From the NCBI GenBank assembly GCA_027488975.1, contig JAIYAQ010000021.1:12455-76454 (forward strand): DNA of 64,000 bases. Direction: 5' to 3'. Below, in pieces: positions 16,006 to 25,261 of this stretch; the stretch's first letter is position 1; every line of letters begins with the position of its first letter. The DNA comes from Cyanobium sp. E1_MAG_00006. Lineage in GTDB: Bacteria > Cyanobacteriota > Cyanobacteriia > PCC-6307 > Cyanobiaceae. Made by a program: the position numbers and the translations under genes. A model generated the notes under the pieces. That model ran no database searches. It saw nothing but the letters and a program-made list of their open reading frames with translations, and had not been told where the DNA came from.

Positions 16006-16875
16006 ATGGATGCCGCCAGCCCCATCCCCCTGAAGCTCTGGCCGCTGGAGCAGCTGCCGCCCCTGCCGCATCTGCGGCTGGCGGTGGTGGGGCACGTGGA
16101 GTGGGTGAGCCTGGTGGCGGTGCAGGACCTACCGCAGGCCGGCACCATTGCCCACGCCCGCGCCTTCCGCGAGGAGCCGGCCGGCGGTGGCGCCGTGGTG
16201 GCTGCCTGCCTGGCGCGACTGCTGGGGCAACCGGTGCCGTTCTTCACGGCCCTGGGGCGCGATGCCATCGGCGAGCAGGCGGTGGAACGGCTCAGCGCCC
16301 TGGGGCTGGAGCTTCACGTGGCCTGGCATGAGGGGCCCACCCGCCGCGGCGTGAGCCTGGTGGATCAGCACGGCGACCGCGCCATCACCGTGATCGGCGA
16401 ACGGCTCACCCCCATCGCTGCCGATCCACTGCCGTGGCCGAGCCTGGCCCACTGCGACGGCGTGTTCGTGACGGCGACGGACGCCGCCGGCCTGCAGGCC
16501 TGCCGCCGCGCGCGACTACTGGCCGCCACCCCGCGGGTGAGCCTCCCCGTGCTGCAGCAGGCGGGGGTGCTGCTCGATGCCCTGATCGGCAGCGGCCTGG
16601 ATCCGGGCGAGGCGGTGCCCGCTGGTGCGCTGACGCCGGCGCCGCGGCTGCGCATCGCCACCGAAGGTGCCGCCGGCGGCCTGGCCCTGCCCGGCGGTCG
16701 CTTCCAGGCCCCGCAGCTCCCCAGCGCCGCCATCGACTCCTACGGCTGCGGCGACAGCTTTGCCGCCGGCGTGACCGCCGGCCTGGCCGCGGGCTGGAGC
16801 CTGGAGCAGGCGATCAGCCTCGGCTGCCACTGCGGCGCCGCCTGCGCCACCCACCTGGGCCCGTATCCAAGCTGA
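16006..16875 (+). CDS. PfkB/ribokinase-family kinase
   Basis: GGGAVVA, FTALGRD..G, DSYGCGDSFAAG (PfkB signature 2). Confidence 0.9.
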   Translation: MDAASPIPLKLWPLEQLPPLPHLRLAVVGHVEWVSLVAVQDLPQAGTIAHARAFREEPAGGGAVVAACLARLLGQPVPFFTALGRDAIGEQAVERLSALGLELHVAWHEGPTRRGVSLVDQHGDRAITVIGERLTPIAADPLPWPSLAHCDGVFVTATDAAGLQACRRARLLAATPRVSLPVLQQAGVLLDALIGSGLDPGEAVPAGALTPAPRLRIATEGAAGGLALPGGRFQAPQLPSAAIDSYGCGDSFAAGVTAGLAAGWSLEQAISLGCHCGAACATHLGPYPS

Positions 16876-16894
16876 CGGGATCAGGGTGCGGCAA

Positions 16895-16910
16895 GGGGGG
16901 GGGGGTGGGG
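16895..16910. repeat. G11-T-G4 homopolymer tract
   Basis: GGGGGGGGGGGTGGGG in the gap between convergent genes. Confidence 0.85.
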
Positions 16911-16915
16911 CCGCG

Positions 16916-17131
16916 TCAGGCGGGGGGCTCGCCGGCGGGCTTCAGCGGCGAACCTGGGGCATTGCAACAGATCGCGGCGGCCTCACCGGTGGTGAGGTTG
17001 CGCAGATGGCTGAGTTCCATGCCCTGCTCAAGCGCCCACTGGCAGGCCTCATGAGATGCCCGAGTGAGATCAGCCTCCTGCAGCTGCATCAGCATTGTGC
17101 GGCCCTCAATACGGGCCTCGTAGGTGTGCAC
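16916..17131 (-). CDS. hypothetical protein (71 aa)
   Basis: GTG start: VHTYEARIEGRTMLMQLQEADLTRASHEACQWALEQGMELSHLRNLTTGEAA...; the SW-repeat upstream part of the track ORF is the microsatellite. Confidence 0.5.
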   Translation of the reverse strand: MHTYEARIEGRTMLMQLQEADLTRASHEACQWALEQGMELSHLRNLTTGEAAAICCNAPGSPLKPAGEPPA

Positions 17132-17192
17132 GGCCTGGTGAATCTTGGGACTGCTCCAGGCTGGACACGCCGGGCGAGATTGTCCATAACCG

Positions 17193-17264
17193 GACCATGA
17201 CCATGACCATGACCATGACCATGACCATGACCATGACCATGACCATGACCGCGACCGTGACCGG
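17193..17264. repeat. hexanucleotide microsatellite (GACCAT)9 plus 3 degenerate units
   Basis: nine exact GACCAT (17193-17246), then GACCGC GACCGT GACCGG. Confidence 0.95.
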
Positions 17265-17289
17265 TCGGCTGAAATCCTGAGCACCACCG

Positions 17290-17676
17290 ATGCGCCATCT
17301 GAGCTGGGCCGAGTTCGACCACGCCGTGGAGACCATCGCCGGCTCCTGCCGCGGCAGCGCCTTCAACGGAATCCATGGCATTCCCCGCGGCGGCCTGGTG
17401 CTGGCGGTGGCCCTCAGCCACCGTCTGGAGCTGCCGCTTCTGGAGACGCCGCAGCCGGGTTGCCTGGTGGTGGACGATGTCTACGAAACCGGCCAGACCC
17501 TGGCTCCCCATCGCAACCTGGCGGGATCCCGCGTGGTGGTGTGGGTGAGCAAGGCTGAACCGCAATGGTGGCAGGCGGTGGAGGTGACTCACTCCTCCGA
17601 ATGGATCGTCTTCCCCTGGGAACAGGCCGCCGCGGCCGCCCGCGATGAAGCGGACTACCACGCCTCGCGGCCATGA
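17290..17676 (+). CDS. type I phosphoribosyltransferase (purine PRT-like)
   Basis: GIPRGGLVLA, PRPP loop LVVDDVYETGQTL, WIVFPWE. Confidence 0.88.
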   Translation: MRHLSWAEFDHAVETIAGSCRGSAFNGIHGIPRGGLVLAVALSHRLELPLLETPQPGCLVVDDVYETGQTLAPHRNLAGSRVVVWVSKAEPQWWQAVEVTHSSEWIVFPWEQAAAAARDEADYHASRP

Positions 17677-18173
17677 GCGGCTCCGATCGGCACGCGGCGC
17701 GCCCACGCCTGTATCTGGCCTCGCCCTATGGCTTTTCGCCCCACTGGCGCCGGCGACTGCTGCCGGATTTCATCACGGCTCTCGAAGCGCTGGAGCTGGA
17801 GGTGTGGGAGCCATTCAGCCGCAACGGCCAGGTGGACATGGCCCGGCCCGGCTGGGCCTGGCAGGTGGCGCAGGCGGATCTGCAGGATGTGCGCGATGCC
17901 GACGCCATGCTCGCCATCGTGAATGGAACGCCTCCCGATGAGGGCGTGATGCTGGAACTGGGAGCCGCGATCGCCCTGGCCAAACCGGTGTTCCTCTACC
18001 GCGACGACTTTCGCCGCTGCAGCGACTCCGAGGACTACCCCCTCAATCTGATGGTGTTCAGCGGGTTGCCGCTGCACGGCTGGCAGGACTACCTCTACGG
18101 CGCGATCGAGGAGCTGGGCGATCCCGGCAAGGCTTTGCTGCGCTGGCGTCGAACCTGGTGCGAGGCCGGCTGA
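17673..18173 (+). CDS. nucleoside 2-deoxyribosyltransferase-family protein
   Basis: LYLASPYGFS, DL.DV..AD...A..NG.PPDEGV..ELG.A.AL.KP; ATGA overlap with the PRT gene. Confidence 0.88.
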   Translation: MSGSDRHAARPRLYLASPYGFSPHWRRRLLPDFITALEALELEVWEPFSRNGQVDMARPGWAWQVAQADLQDVRDADAMLAIVNGTPPDEGVMLELGAAIALAKPVFLYRDDFRRCSDSEDYPLNLMVFSGLPLHGWQDYLYGAIEELGDPGKALLRWRRTWCEAG

Positions 18174-18234
18174 AGCCAGGTCAGCCAGCGCGGCGTCACC
18201 TAGCTTCAGGGCGCCGTTGTCACACCGCTGGCCG

Positions 18235-18726
18235 ATGCTTCGTTCCGTTCTTCCGAGCCGCCAGGCGGCGGCTGCACTGGCGGCCGCGCTCACCGCAGGC
18301 CTCCTGGGCTCCGCCGGTGCAGCGCGGGCAGAGTCGTGCCAGTTCCTGCAACCGATCGGCGGCAATGGCGCAACCCCGATCGTGAGCAAGTCGGTGGGGC
18401 GGGGCAAGTTGATCGGCAAGACCAACTGGAACACCGATTTCATCGTTGACCAGCCCTACCGCAACTACAAGTTCTTCTTCACGGCCAACTCCTCCGATGC
18501 CAACGCCCAGTACCCGGTGCAGGGGTACATGAAGTTCAGCGATGGTTCCAACCTGGAGGTGATCAACACCCAGATGAACCCGCCGATCGGCACCGGCAAG
18601 ATGTTCGGGCCGTTTGCGGCCGTTCCCGGCAAGCAGGCCAGCCAGATGAACTTCAAAGTGGGGGCCAGCGACGACCCCAACGCCCTCGGCTTCAGCTACC
18701 GCATCTCGGTGCAGGGCTGCCGATGA
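18235..18726 (+). CDS. secreted hypothetical protein
   Basis: signal peptide ending AARA-ES; beta-rich mature domain flanked by two Cys. Confidence 0.75.
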   Translation: MLRSVLPSRQAAAALAAALTAGLLGSAGAARAESCQFLQPIGGNGATPIVSKSVGRGKLIGKTNWNTDFIVDQPYRNYKFFFTANSSDANAQYPVQGYMKFSDGSNLEVINTQMNPPIGTGKMFGPFAAVPGKQASQMNFKVGASDDPNALGFSYRISVQGCR

Positions 18727-20243
18727 GCCGCAAGCCGCTCTGGGCCGGGCCGCTGCTTGCCGGCCTGCTGGGCTCACCGCTGCTGCCACCGGCTCCGGCC
18801 GCGGCAGTCGAGGAGATTGTTGTCACCATCCCCCTGCTCGATGCCAGCTTGAAGCTGCGGGTGAGCGAGCTGCAGAGTGCGGAAGCCCTCCGGCGCGGCA
18901 GCAGCGATCTGGCGGAGCTCGATCGGGCCAGCAACGGTGCGGTGGGCCGTCAGCTGCTGGCGGTGCTGAACCAGCCGGTTCCGCTCAGCATCACCCAGGT
19001 GGCCGATGGCTCGGTGGGCTCGCCCCTGCTGGAGCAGGCCCTGCTCGTGCTGTCCTCCTTCGGCACGGTGGAGGGGCGCCCCGCCGATCTCTCAGGAGAA
19101 ACGCTGCGTCAGGCCCTGCGCAAGGCATCCAGCAACGGCCAGCCCACCCTGCTGAGCCTGATCCAGGCGATCCCGGGCGAGAGGGTCACCCTGGATCTGG
19201 GCAGGGCCCGCACCATCGCGCTGCGCATGGCGGCCCAGCGCCGGGAGGCAGAACGCCTGCTCACCACCCTGCCGCCGGCACCAGCGGCGCAACCCTCCGC
19301 GCTGTCTGGCGTCAGTCCCATCCCGAGCGTGCCCGCGAGAACGGTGCAGCTGGCGGTGGCGCATCGGCCGAAGCCCCTGGATCTGGTTGTGCTGGAACCA
19401 CGGTCCGGCGCCAATGGACGCCTGGTGCTGATCTCCCACGGCCTGTGGGACGGCCCCGACAGCTTCATCGGCTGGGGGCAGCTGCTGGCCAGCCGCGGCT
19501 ACACCGTGATCCTGCCTCGCCACCCCGGCAGCGATCAGAGCCAGCAGCAGGCGGTGCTCTCCGGAACAGCGCCGCCGCCGGATCCGAAGGAACTCGCGCT
19601 GCGCCCGAAGGATCTCGCCGCGGTGATCGATGGCAGCGGCCAGCTGGGCCTGGCACGGCCGGTGGACAGCCAGCGCGTGGTGGTGCTCGGCCACTCCTGG
19701 GGTGCCACCACCACCCTGCAGCTGGCGGGGGTCAGACCGAAGGGCAGCGAACTCAGAGAGCGCTGCGGCAACCTCGAGGATCCCGATCGCAACCTGAGCT
19801 GGACCCTGCAGTGCAGCTGGCTGAGCGGGGTCGATGAGGCCGCCATCCAGGACCGTCGGGTGATCGCCGTCGGTGCGGTGAGCCCGCCGATGTCGTTGCT
19901 GTTTCCGCGCGGCTCCGGCCTCGACCTCAGCGCCCGGGTGCTGCTGGTGAGCGGCAGCCGCGACTGGGTGGTGCCCCCTGATCCGGAGGCCGTCGATCCC
20001 ATGCGCAGGGGCAAGACCCAGGGCAACCAGCTGGTGCTGGTGCAGGGCGGCGACCACTTCAACCTGCGCCCTGGAACGCAGGCGGATGGTGGTGTGCTCG
20101 GCGCGCTGCTGCTGAGCTGGACGAACGCGGCCTTCGCCGCCGGCGATGCCGCCCGGCCGGGCCCGGGGGCGACACCCCTGCTCCGCCAGGGGCCATGGGG
20201 GAATGCACAGATGCCACTGGTGGATGCCACGCCGGGGCTCTGA
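18723..20243 (+). CDS. DUF1400-like alpha/beta hydrolase (predicted dienelactone hydrolase family)
   Basis: signal peptide, N-terminal helical domain, SHGL, HPGS, GHSWGA nucleophile, GDHF. Confidence 0.8.
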   Translation: MSRKPLWAGPLLAGLLGSPLLPPAPAAAVEEIVVTIPLLDASLKLRVSELQSAEALRRGSSDLAELDRASNGAVGRQLLAVLNQPVPLSITQVADGSVGSPLLEQALLVLSSFGTVEGRPADLSGETLRQALRKASSNGQPTLLSLIQAIPGERVTLDLGRARTIALRMAAQRREAERLLTTLPPAPAAQPSALSGVSPIPSVPARTVQLAVAHRPKPLDLVVLEPRSGANGRLVLISHGLWDGPDSFIGWGQLLASRGYTVILPRHPGSDQSQQQAVLSGTAPPPDPKELALRPKDLAAVIDGSGQLGLARPVDSQRVVVLGHSWGATTTLQLAGVRPKGSELRERCGNLEDPDRNLSWTLQCSWLSGVDEAAIQDRRVIAVGAVSPPMSLLFPRGSGLDLSARVLLVSGSRDWVVPPDPEAVDPMRRGKTQGNQLVLVQGGDHFNLRPGTQADGGVLGALLLSWTNAAFAAGDAARPGPGATPLLRQGPWGNAQMPLVDATPGL

Positions 20244-20285
20244 CCTCCGGGTCTCTGACCCCCGGGTCACTGACTCCTGGGGCCA
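20241..20285. repeat. three 15-bp imperfect tandem repeats upstream of sbcD
   Basis: TGACCTCCGGGTCTC / TGACCCCCGGGTCAC / TGACTCCTGGGGCCA. Confidence 0.75.
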
Positions 20286-20302
20286 TCCGCCAGGCTGAAC
20301 CG

Positions 20303-21472
20303 ATGCGCCTGCTGCACACCTCCGACTGGCACCTCGGCCGGCAGTTCCACGGGGCATCGCTGCTGCAGGAGCAGGCGGCGGCGATGGACCGGATCGTGGC
20401 GCTGGCGGCGGAGGCCGAGGTGGATGCGGTGTTGATCGCCGGCGACCTCTACGACCGCGCCATCCCACCAGCAGAGGCGGTGCAGCTGTTCAACGACACC
20501 CTGGCCCGCCTGAGCCGGGCCGGGGCGGCGGTGGTGGCGATCGCCGGCAACCACGATTCGCATGTGCGCGTGTCGATCTACGACCCGCTGCTCTCGGCCT
20601 TCGGGGTGACGATCCGCGGCGATGTGCGGCGGGCCGCCGAGCCGGTGCTGGTGACACCGCGGCGGGGTGGTGAGCCGGTGGCGATCTACCCGCTGCCCTA
20701 CCTAGAGCCGTCGGTGGATGGACCGCTCCTGGCGGAGGAGGGCAGCCCGGCGCGGCTCAGCCACCAGGAAGTGACGCGCCGGGCCCTGGCGCGGATCGGC
20801 CACGACCGAGCCAGCCGGCCGCAGCAGCGCTCCGTGCTGGTGGCCCACACCTTCGTGGCCGGCGGGGAGACGTCCGAATCGGAACGGGAGCTGACGGTCG
20901 GCAACGTCGACCGGGTGAGCGTCGACACGTTTGCCGGCTTCGACTACGTGGCGCTTGGGCATCTGCACGGCTCCCAGCAACTCGATGGCCCGCGGGTGGC
21001 CTACTCCGGCACACCGCTGCCCTACTCCTTCTCCGAGCAGCACCACAGCAAATCGGTGCGGATCATCGAGCTCGATGCCGGCGGGGCGGCAGCGGTGGAG
21101 ATCGTGCCCCTGGGGGTGGGCCGGCCGCTGCGCACCCTCGAGGGACCGATCGAGGCGCTCTGCAGTGATCCCTGCCACGACGACGCGCGCCACGCCTGGG
21201 TGCGGGTGATCCTCACGGACGACGACCTGCCACTGCAGGCCATGGCACGGCTGCGCCAGCGCTTCCCCCACGTGGCCGAACTGCGGCATCGGCCAGCGGA
21301 GCGGGTGCGGGCCACGCTCGGCGAGCGGCAAGAGCAGGTGCGCCAGGCCGGTTCACCGCTGGATCTGGCCCTGGCGTTCTTCAGTGATCAGCAGGGCCGA
21401 CGTGCTGAAGCGGCGGAAGCCGAGCTGCTGCGCCGCGCCATCGAGGCCGCCATCCGCGGAGGCGAGCGTTGA
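20303..21472 (+). CDS. sbcD: exonuclease SbcCD nuclease subunit
   Basis: LHTSDWHLG, IAGDLYD, IAGNHD, AHTFV, YVALGHLH, YSGTPL.YSFSE. Confidence 0.93.
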   Translation: MRLLHTSDWHLGRQFHGASLLQEQAAAMDRIVALAAEAEVDAVLIAGDLYDRAIPPAEAVQLFNDTLARLSRAGAAVVAIAGNHDSHVRVSIYDPLLSAFGVTIRGDVRRAAEPVLVTPRRGGEPVAIYPLPYLEPSVDGPLLAEEGSPARLSHQEVTRRALARIGHDRASRPQQRSVLVAHTFVAGGETSESERELTVGNVDRVSVDTFAGFDYVALGHLHGSQQLDGPRVAYSGTPLPYSFSEQHHSKSVRIIELDAGGAAAVEIVPLGVGRPLRTLEGPIEALCSDPCHDDARHAWVRVILTDDDLPLQAMARLRQRFPHVAELRHRPAERVRATLGERQEQVRQAGSPLDLALAFFSDQQGRRAEAAEAELLRRAIEAAIRGGER

Positions 21473-24400
21473 AACCCCATCGGCTGGAGCTGGAGGCGTT
21501 CGGGCCCTACGCCGAACCCACCGCGATCAACTTCGACACCCTCAGCGACGAAGGGCTGTTCCTGATCCACGGCAGCACCGGCGCCGGCAAGACCTTCCTG
21601 CTCGATGCCCTCAGCTTCGCGCTCTACGGCGAGGTGTCGGGCGATCGCAACGTGCGTTCGTTGAAGTCGGATCACGCCGCACCAGCAGCCGTGCCGCGGG
21701 TGCAGCTGGAGTTCTCCTGCGGCGGCGCCCGCTACCGGGTGGAGCGCTGCCCCGCCTACACCGCCCCCAAGGCCCGCGGCCAGGGCTTCACCGACAAGGC
21801 TGCCCAGGCGGTGCTGTGGCGGCTGAACGGCTCGGAGGCGGAGCCGATCGCCAGCCGCACCACGGAGGTGAGCCGCGAGGTGGAACAGCTGGTGGGCCTC
21901 AACGGCTCCCAGTTCCGCCAGGTGATCCTGCTGCCCCAGGGCCGCTTTGCCGAGGTGCTGCGCGCCCGGGCGGAAGACCGCGAGGCCCTGCTCAAGACCC
22001 TGTTCGACAGCGTGCGCTTCGAGCAGGCGAGCTTCTGGCTCGACGAGCGGGCCAAGGCGGCACGCCTGGAGCTGACCGAACAGAACCGCAACCTCGAGCA
22101 GCTGCAGCGCCAGGCCGCGCAGACCTGGAGTCCGTACGCGCCGGCGGCCGATGCCACGGCAACAACGGAACCAACCGAAGCCGCCGTACCCGAGCCGCCG
22201 CAGCCCCTGAGCCTGCCGGAGCTGCAGGCACGGATCGCCGCGGTGGTGGCAGCCGCGGCCAAGCGGCTCGACCAGAGCAGCACCGCCCTGGAGGCGGCCC
22301 AGCAGGCGAAGGCGGCGGTGGACCGCCAGGCGGAGCGCTGGGATCGGCGCGCCAATGCGGCAGCCACGCTCGCCGATCTGGAGGCCAAGCAGCCGCTGGT
22401 GGACGAGTACCGCCAGCGCCTGCAACGGGCCCAGCAGGCGGAAACCCTGCGGGCCAGCCTCGAGGCCGAGGATGCCGCCCGGCAGGAGCTGCAGCGGAGG
22501 CAGGAGCAGCTCGGCAGCCAGCTGCGCCGCACGATCCGGGCCAGGGACGCCGCCCAGGCCCTGCCGCAGGAGCTGGTGCTGCTCGATCTGCTCACGCCGC
22601 CGGGCCTGGAAGCCCTGGGCAATGCCCGCAGCGCCCTGGCAGCCCGGCGGGCGGAGGTGACGGCCTTGAGCAACAAGGCCCAGGAGGCCGCCCAGGCCGA
22701 GAACGCCGCGCAGCAGGCTGCGCGCCTGGCGGCCGACGCCACCGCCAAGCTGAACCGCGATCGCGCCGCCCTCGAGGCCAGGCAGAAGCAGCTGCAGGCC
22801 GCAACGGAGACCTGGCGCCAGGCCTGCTCCGCCGGCGACCAGCTCGATGGCCTGCAGCGGGCGGCCCAGGCAGCGGCGGATCGAGCTGCTGCCAGTGAGG
22901 CACTGCTGGCCGCCCAGACGCGGCAGCGCGAGGCGATCACCGCCCAGAACAGTGCCGATGCCCAGCTCAATGCGGCCCAGGCGGCACTGCTGGAGCTGCG
23001 CCAGCGCCAGATCGCCGGCATGGCCGCACGGCTGGCCGGCGATCTGGACGACGGCGCCCCCTGCCCGGTGTGCGGCTCAGCGCACCATCCGGCACCGGCG
23101 CTGCCGTCGAACGACGCCGTGGCCGACGCGACACTGACGGCCGCCGAACAGCAGCTGAGCACCGCCGGCGCGGCAGCCCGCCGGGCAGCCTCAGCGCTCG
23201 CCACCGTGGCGAGCGAGCTGAAGGCGCTGGCCGAGAAGGCGGGAACGGCGGTCGACGACCCGGCCGCCGCCCGCCTGGCCGCCCACCAGGCCCGCGACAG
23301 CCTGCAGAACGCCAGCGGGCTGGCCGCCGAGGTGGAGCGTCTGCAGCGGGCCATCCAGGGCCATGAACGCGAGCTGCAGGCCCTGCAGAGCAACCTGCAG
23401 GCCGCCGCCACGGAACAGGCGGTGCACAGCAGCGCCGCCGCCGCTGACCTTGGCCGGGCGAAGGCGCTGCGGGCCGAGATCGCCCTGGAGCTGGGGGAGG
23501 CTGTGGATCCCCGAGCGGTGCTCGAAGGCTTCACAACCCTCGAGGCGGCCCTGAAGGAACTGGCCCAGGGCGCCGAGGCCAGCGCCAGTGCCGGCACCCG
23601 ACTGGAGCAGGCCAGCGCGCGTCTGGAGCGGGAGCTGAGCGGAACGGAGTTCGCCGATGCGCTGGCGGTGCGGGCGGCCCTGAAGGAGGAGCGGTGGCGG
23701 CTGGAGCTGGCGGAGCGGATCGCCAAGGTTGAACGGCAACTGATCGAGGCGCGGGCGGTGCTGGGCGCCGCCGATCTGGCCGACCTGCCGCCAGAGCGGC
23801 CCGATACCGCCGCCGCCGAGGCGGCGTTGACCGCCACCGATGCCGAGCGCACCGCAGCGGTGGAGCGCCACAGCGAAGCCCGCACGGCCCGCAACGCGAT
23901 CGACCAGCTGGCAGCGGAGCATCGGCAGGTGGAGGCCGCTGTGCAGACGGCGCAGCAGCGGGCCAGCCTGCTGAGCGCCGTGGCCGATCGCTGCCTGGGG
24001 CGAACGGCCCCCTACATCTCCCTGCAGCGCTGGGTGCTCTCCACCTACCTGGCGGAGATCTGCCGCTATGCCAACCAACGGCTGGAGCTGATGACCTCCG
24101 GCCGCTACCAGCTGCGCCTCAGCGATGAGGGCGGTCGCGGCGGCCGCAATGCCGGCCTCGGCCTGCGGGTGCTGGATGCCTACACCGGCGAAGAGCGCGA
24201 GGTGAGCAGCCTCTCGGGCGGCGAGACGTTTCAGGCCTCCCTAGCCCTGGCCCTCGGCGTGGCCGACACGGTGCAGGCCCACTCCGGTGGCGTGCATCTC
24301 GATGCCCTGTTCATCGACGAGGGCTTCGGCAGCCTCGATCCCGACAGCCTGCAACTGGCCATGGATGAACTCGACCGCCTGCGCGACGGCGGGCGCATGA

Positions 24401-24513
24401 TCGGCGTGATCAGCCATGTTGGCGCGCTGAAGGAGCGAATCCGGGCCGGTATCGCCATCAGCACCGGCGAGCGGGGCTCCGTGGCCAGGCTGTGCCGCAC
24501 CGGCCCGGACTGA
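21469..24513 (+). CDS. sbcC: SbcC SMC-family ATPase
   Basis: Walker A GSTGAGKT, LPQGRF, long coiled coil with zinc hook CPVCGS, LSGGETF, LFIDEGFGSLD, ISHV; TTG start overlapping sbcD. Confidence 0.93.
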   Translation: MKPHRLELEAFGPYAEPTAINFDTLSDEGLFLIHGSTGAGKTFLLDALSFALYGEVSGDRNVRSLKSDHAAPAAVPRVQLEFSCGGARYRVERCPAYTAPKARGQGFTDKAAQAVLWRLNGSEAEPIASRTTEVSREVEQLVGLNGSQFRQVILLPQGRFAEVLRARAEDREALLKTLFDSVRFEQASFWLDERAKAARLELTEQNRNLEQLQRQAAQTWSPYAPAADATATTEPTEAAVPEPPQPLSLPELQARIAAVVAAAAKRLDQSSTALEAAQQAKAAVDRQAERWDRRANAAATLADLEAKQPLVDEYRQRLQRAQQAETLRASLEAEDAARQELQRRQEQLGSQLRRTIRARDAAQALPQELVLLDLLTPPGLEALGNARSALAARRAEVTALSNKAQEAAQAENAAQQAARLAADATAKLNRDRAALEARQKQLQAATETWRQACSAGDQLDGLQRAAQAAADRAAASEALLAAQTRQREAITAQNSADAQLNAAQAALLELRQRQIAGMAARLAGDLDDGAPCPVCGSAHHPAPALPSNDAVADATLTAAEQQLSTAGAAARRAASALATVASELKALAEKAGTAVDDPAAARLAAHQARDSLQNASGLAAEVERLQRAIQGHERELQALQSNLQAAATEQAVHSSAAAADLGRAKALRAEIALELGEAVDPRAVLEGFTTLEAALKELAQGAEASASAGTRLEQASARLERELSGTEFADALAVRAALKEERWRLELAERIAKVERQLIEARAVLGAADLADLPPERPDTAAAEAALTATDAERTAAVERHSEARTARNAIDQLAAEHRQVEAAVQTAQQRASLLSAVADRCLGRTAPYISLQRWVLSTYLAEICRYANQRLELMTSGRYQLRLSDEGGRGGRNAGLGLRVLDAYTGEEREVSSLSGGETFQASLALALGVADTVQAHSGGVHLDALFIDEGFGSLDPDSLQLAMDELDRLRDGGRMIGVISHVGALKERIRAGIAISTGERGSVARLCRTGPD

Positions 24514-24615
24514 TCCGGGACTCTGCCGTTCCAGTGCCTTGCTGCCGCGACAGCCGGTTGGCAGCCAAGGAAGCCCTGGCTTGACTGATGGGATCGCCGC
24601 TTTGGTCCACGCGCC

Positions 24616-24996
24616 ATGTCCAGGTCCCGCTCCTCGTTCCTTTCCGATTTCAAGGCGTTCATCAACCAGGGCAACGTCGTCGAACTCGCCGTCGCCGTGG
24701 TGATCGGTGCGGCCTTCGGCAAGGTGGTGGATGCGGTGGTGAGCCTGGTGATGGGCTCGCTGCTGCAGCCGGCCCTCAAGGCCGCCAACGTGGACGACAT
24801 CGCCCGCTGGCCCGCCGGAGCGGTGCTGGTGGCCCTGATCAATTTCGTTCTGATCGCCTTCGTGGTGTTCCTGATCGTGCGGGCGATCGAGGGCATGCGC
24901 CGCCGCGAGAACGCCGAGGCAGGGCCCGATCCGCAGGCCCAGCTGGCCGCCGCCGCCACCCGCCTGACCGACGCACTCGACCGGCGCCAGCTCTGA
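24616..24996 (+). CDS. mscL: large-conductance mechanosensitive channel
   Basis: FKAFINQGNVVELAVAVVIGAAFGKVV, INFVLIAFVVF. Confidence 0.93.
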   Translation: MSRSRSSFLSDFKAFINQGNVVELAVAVVIGAAFGKVVDAVVSLVMGSLLQPALKAANVDDIARWPAGAVLVALINFVLIAFVVFLIVRAIEGMRRRENAEAGPDPQAQLAAAATRLTDALDRRQL

Positions 24997-25078
24997 ATCA
25001 CGAACGTCCGCCAGCCCCCTTGAAGCCGCCGCGCTTCCGGTGCCATAAACAAATGGAAGAAAGCCGGAAGCCCGCTTC

Positions 25079-25261
25079 ATGTCCGATTCACGCCTGGTCG
25101 CCGCCACGCCGAGAGGCTCAACCATCGAGGCGGTGGGCCCAGGCACCTATCGGGTCTGCGACATCAGCCGGCACTGCCGCGAGGTGAACGGCCTCTGGCA
25201 GGCCCAGGAACTGCTGCAGCAGGCCGAACAACTGCACCGGCATCCGGACGACCTGCCCTGA
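25079..25261 (+). CDS. small hypothetical protein
   Basis: 60 aa, RVCD...C.EV.GLW.A; TGATG-coupled to the GNAT gene. Confidence 0.6.
   Translation: MSDSRLVAATPRGSTIEAVGPGTYRVCDISRHCREVNGLWQAQELLQQAEQLHRHPDDLP

Noticed and set aside
17089-17287. (GH)n, (DH)n, (MT)n or (SW)n repeat proteins from track ORFs across the microsatellite
   Set aside because: These are translations of the SSR. The DH frame has an upstream in-frame TAA and no start, and flanking codon usage in the other frames is poor or antisense to PRT.
25033-25071. Inverted repeat GCTTCCGG...CCGGAAGC upstream of the 60-aa/GNAT operon
   Set aside because: Single 8-bp stem with a long loop and no U-tract; not enough to call a terminator or operator.
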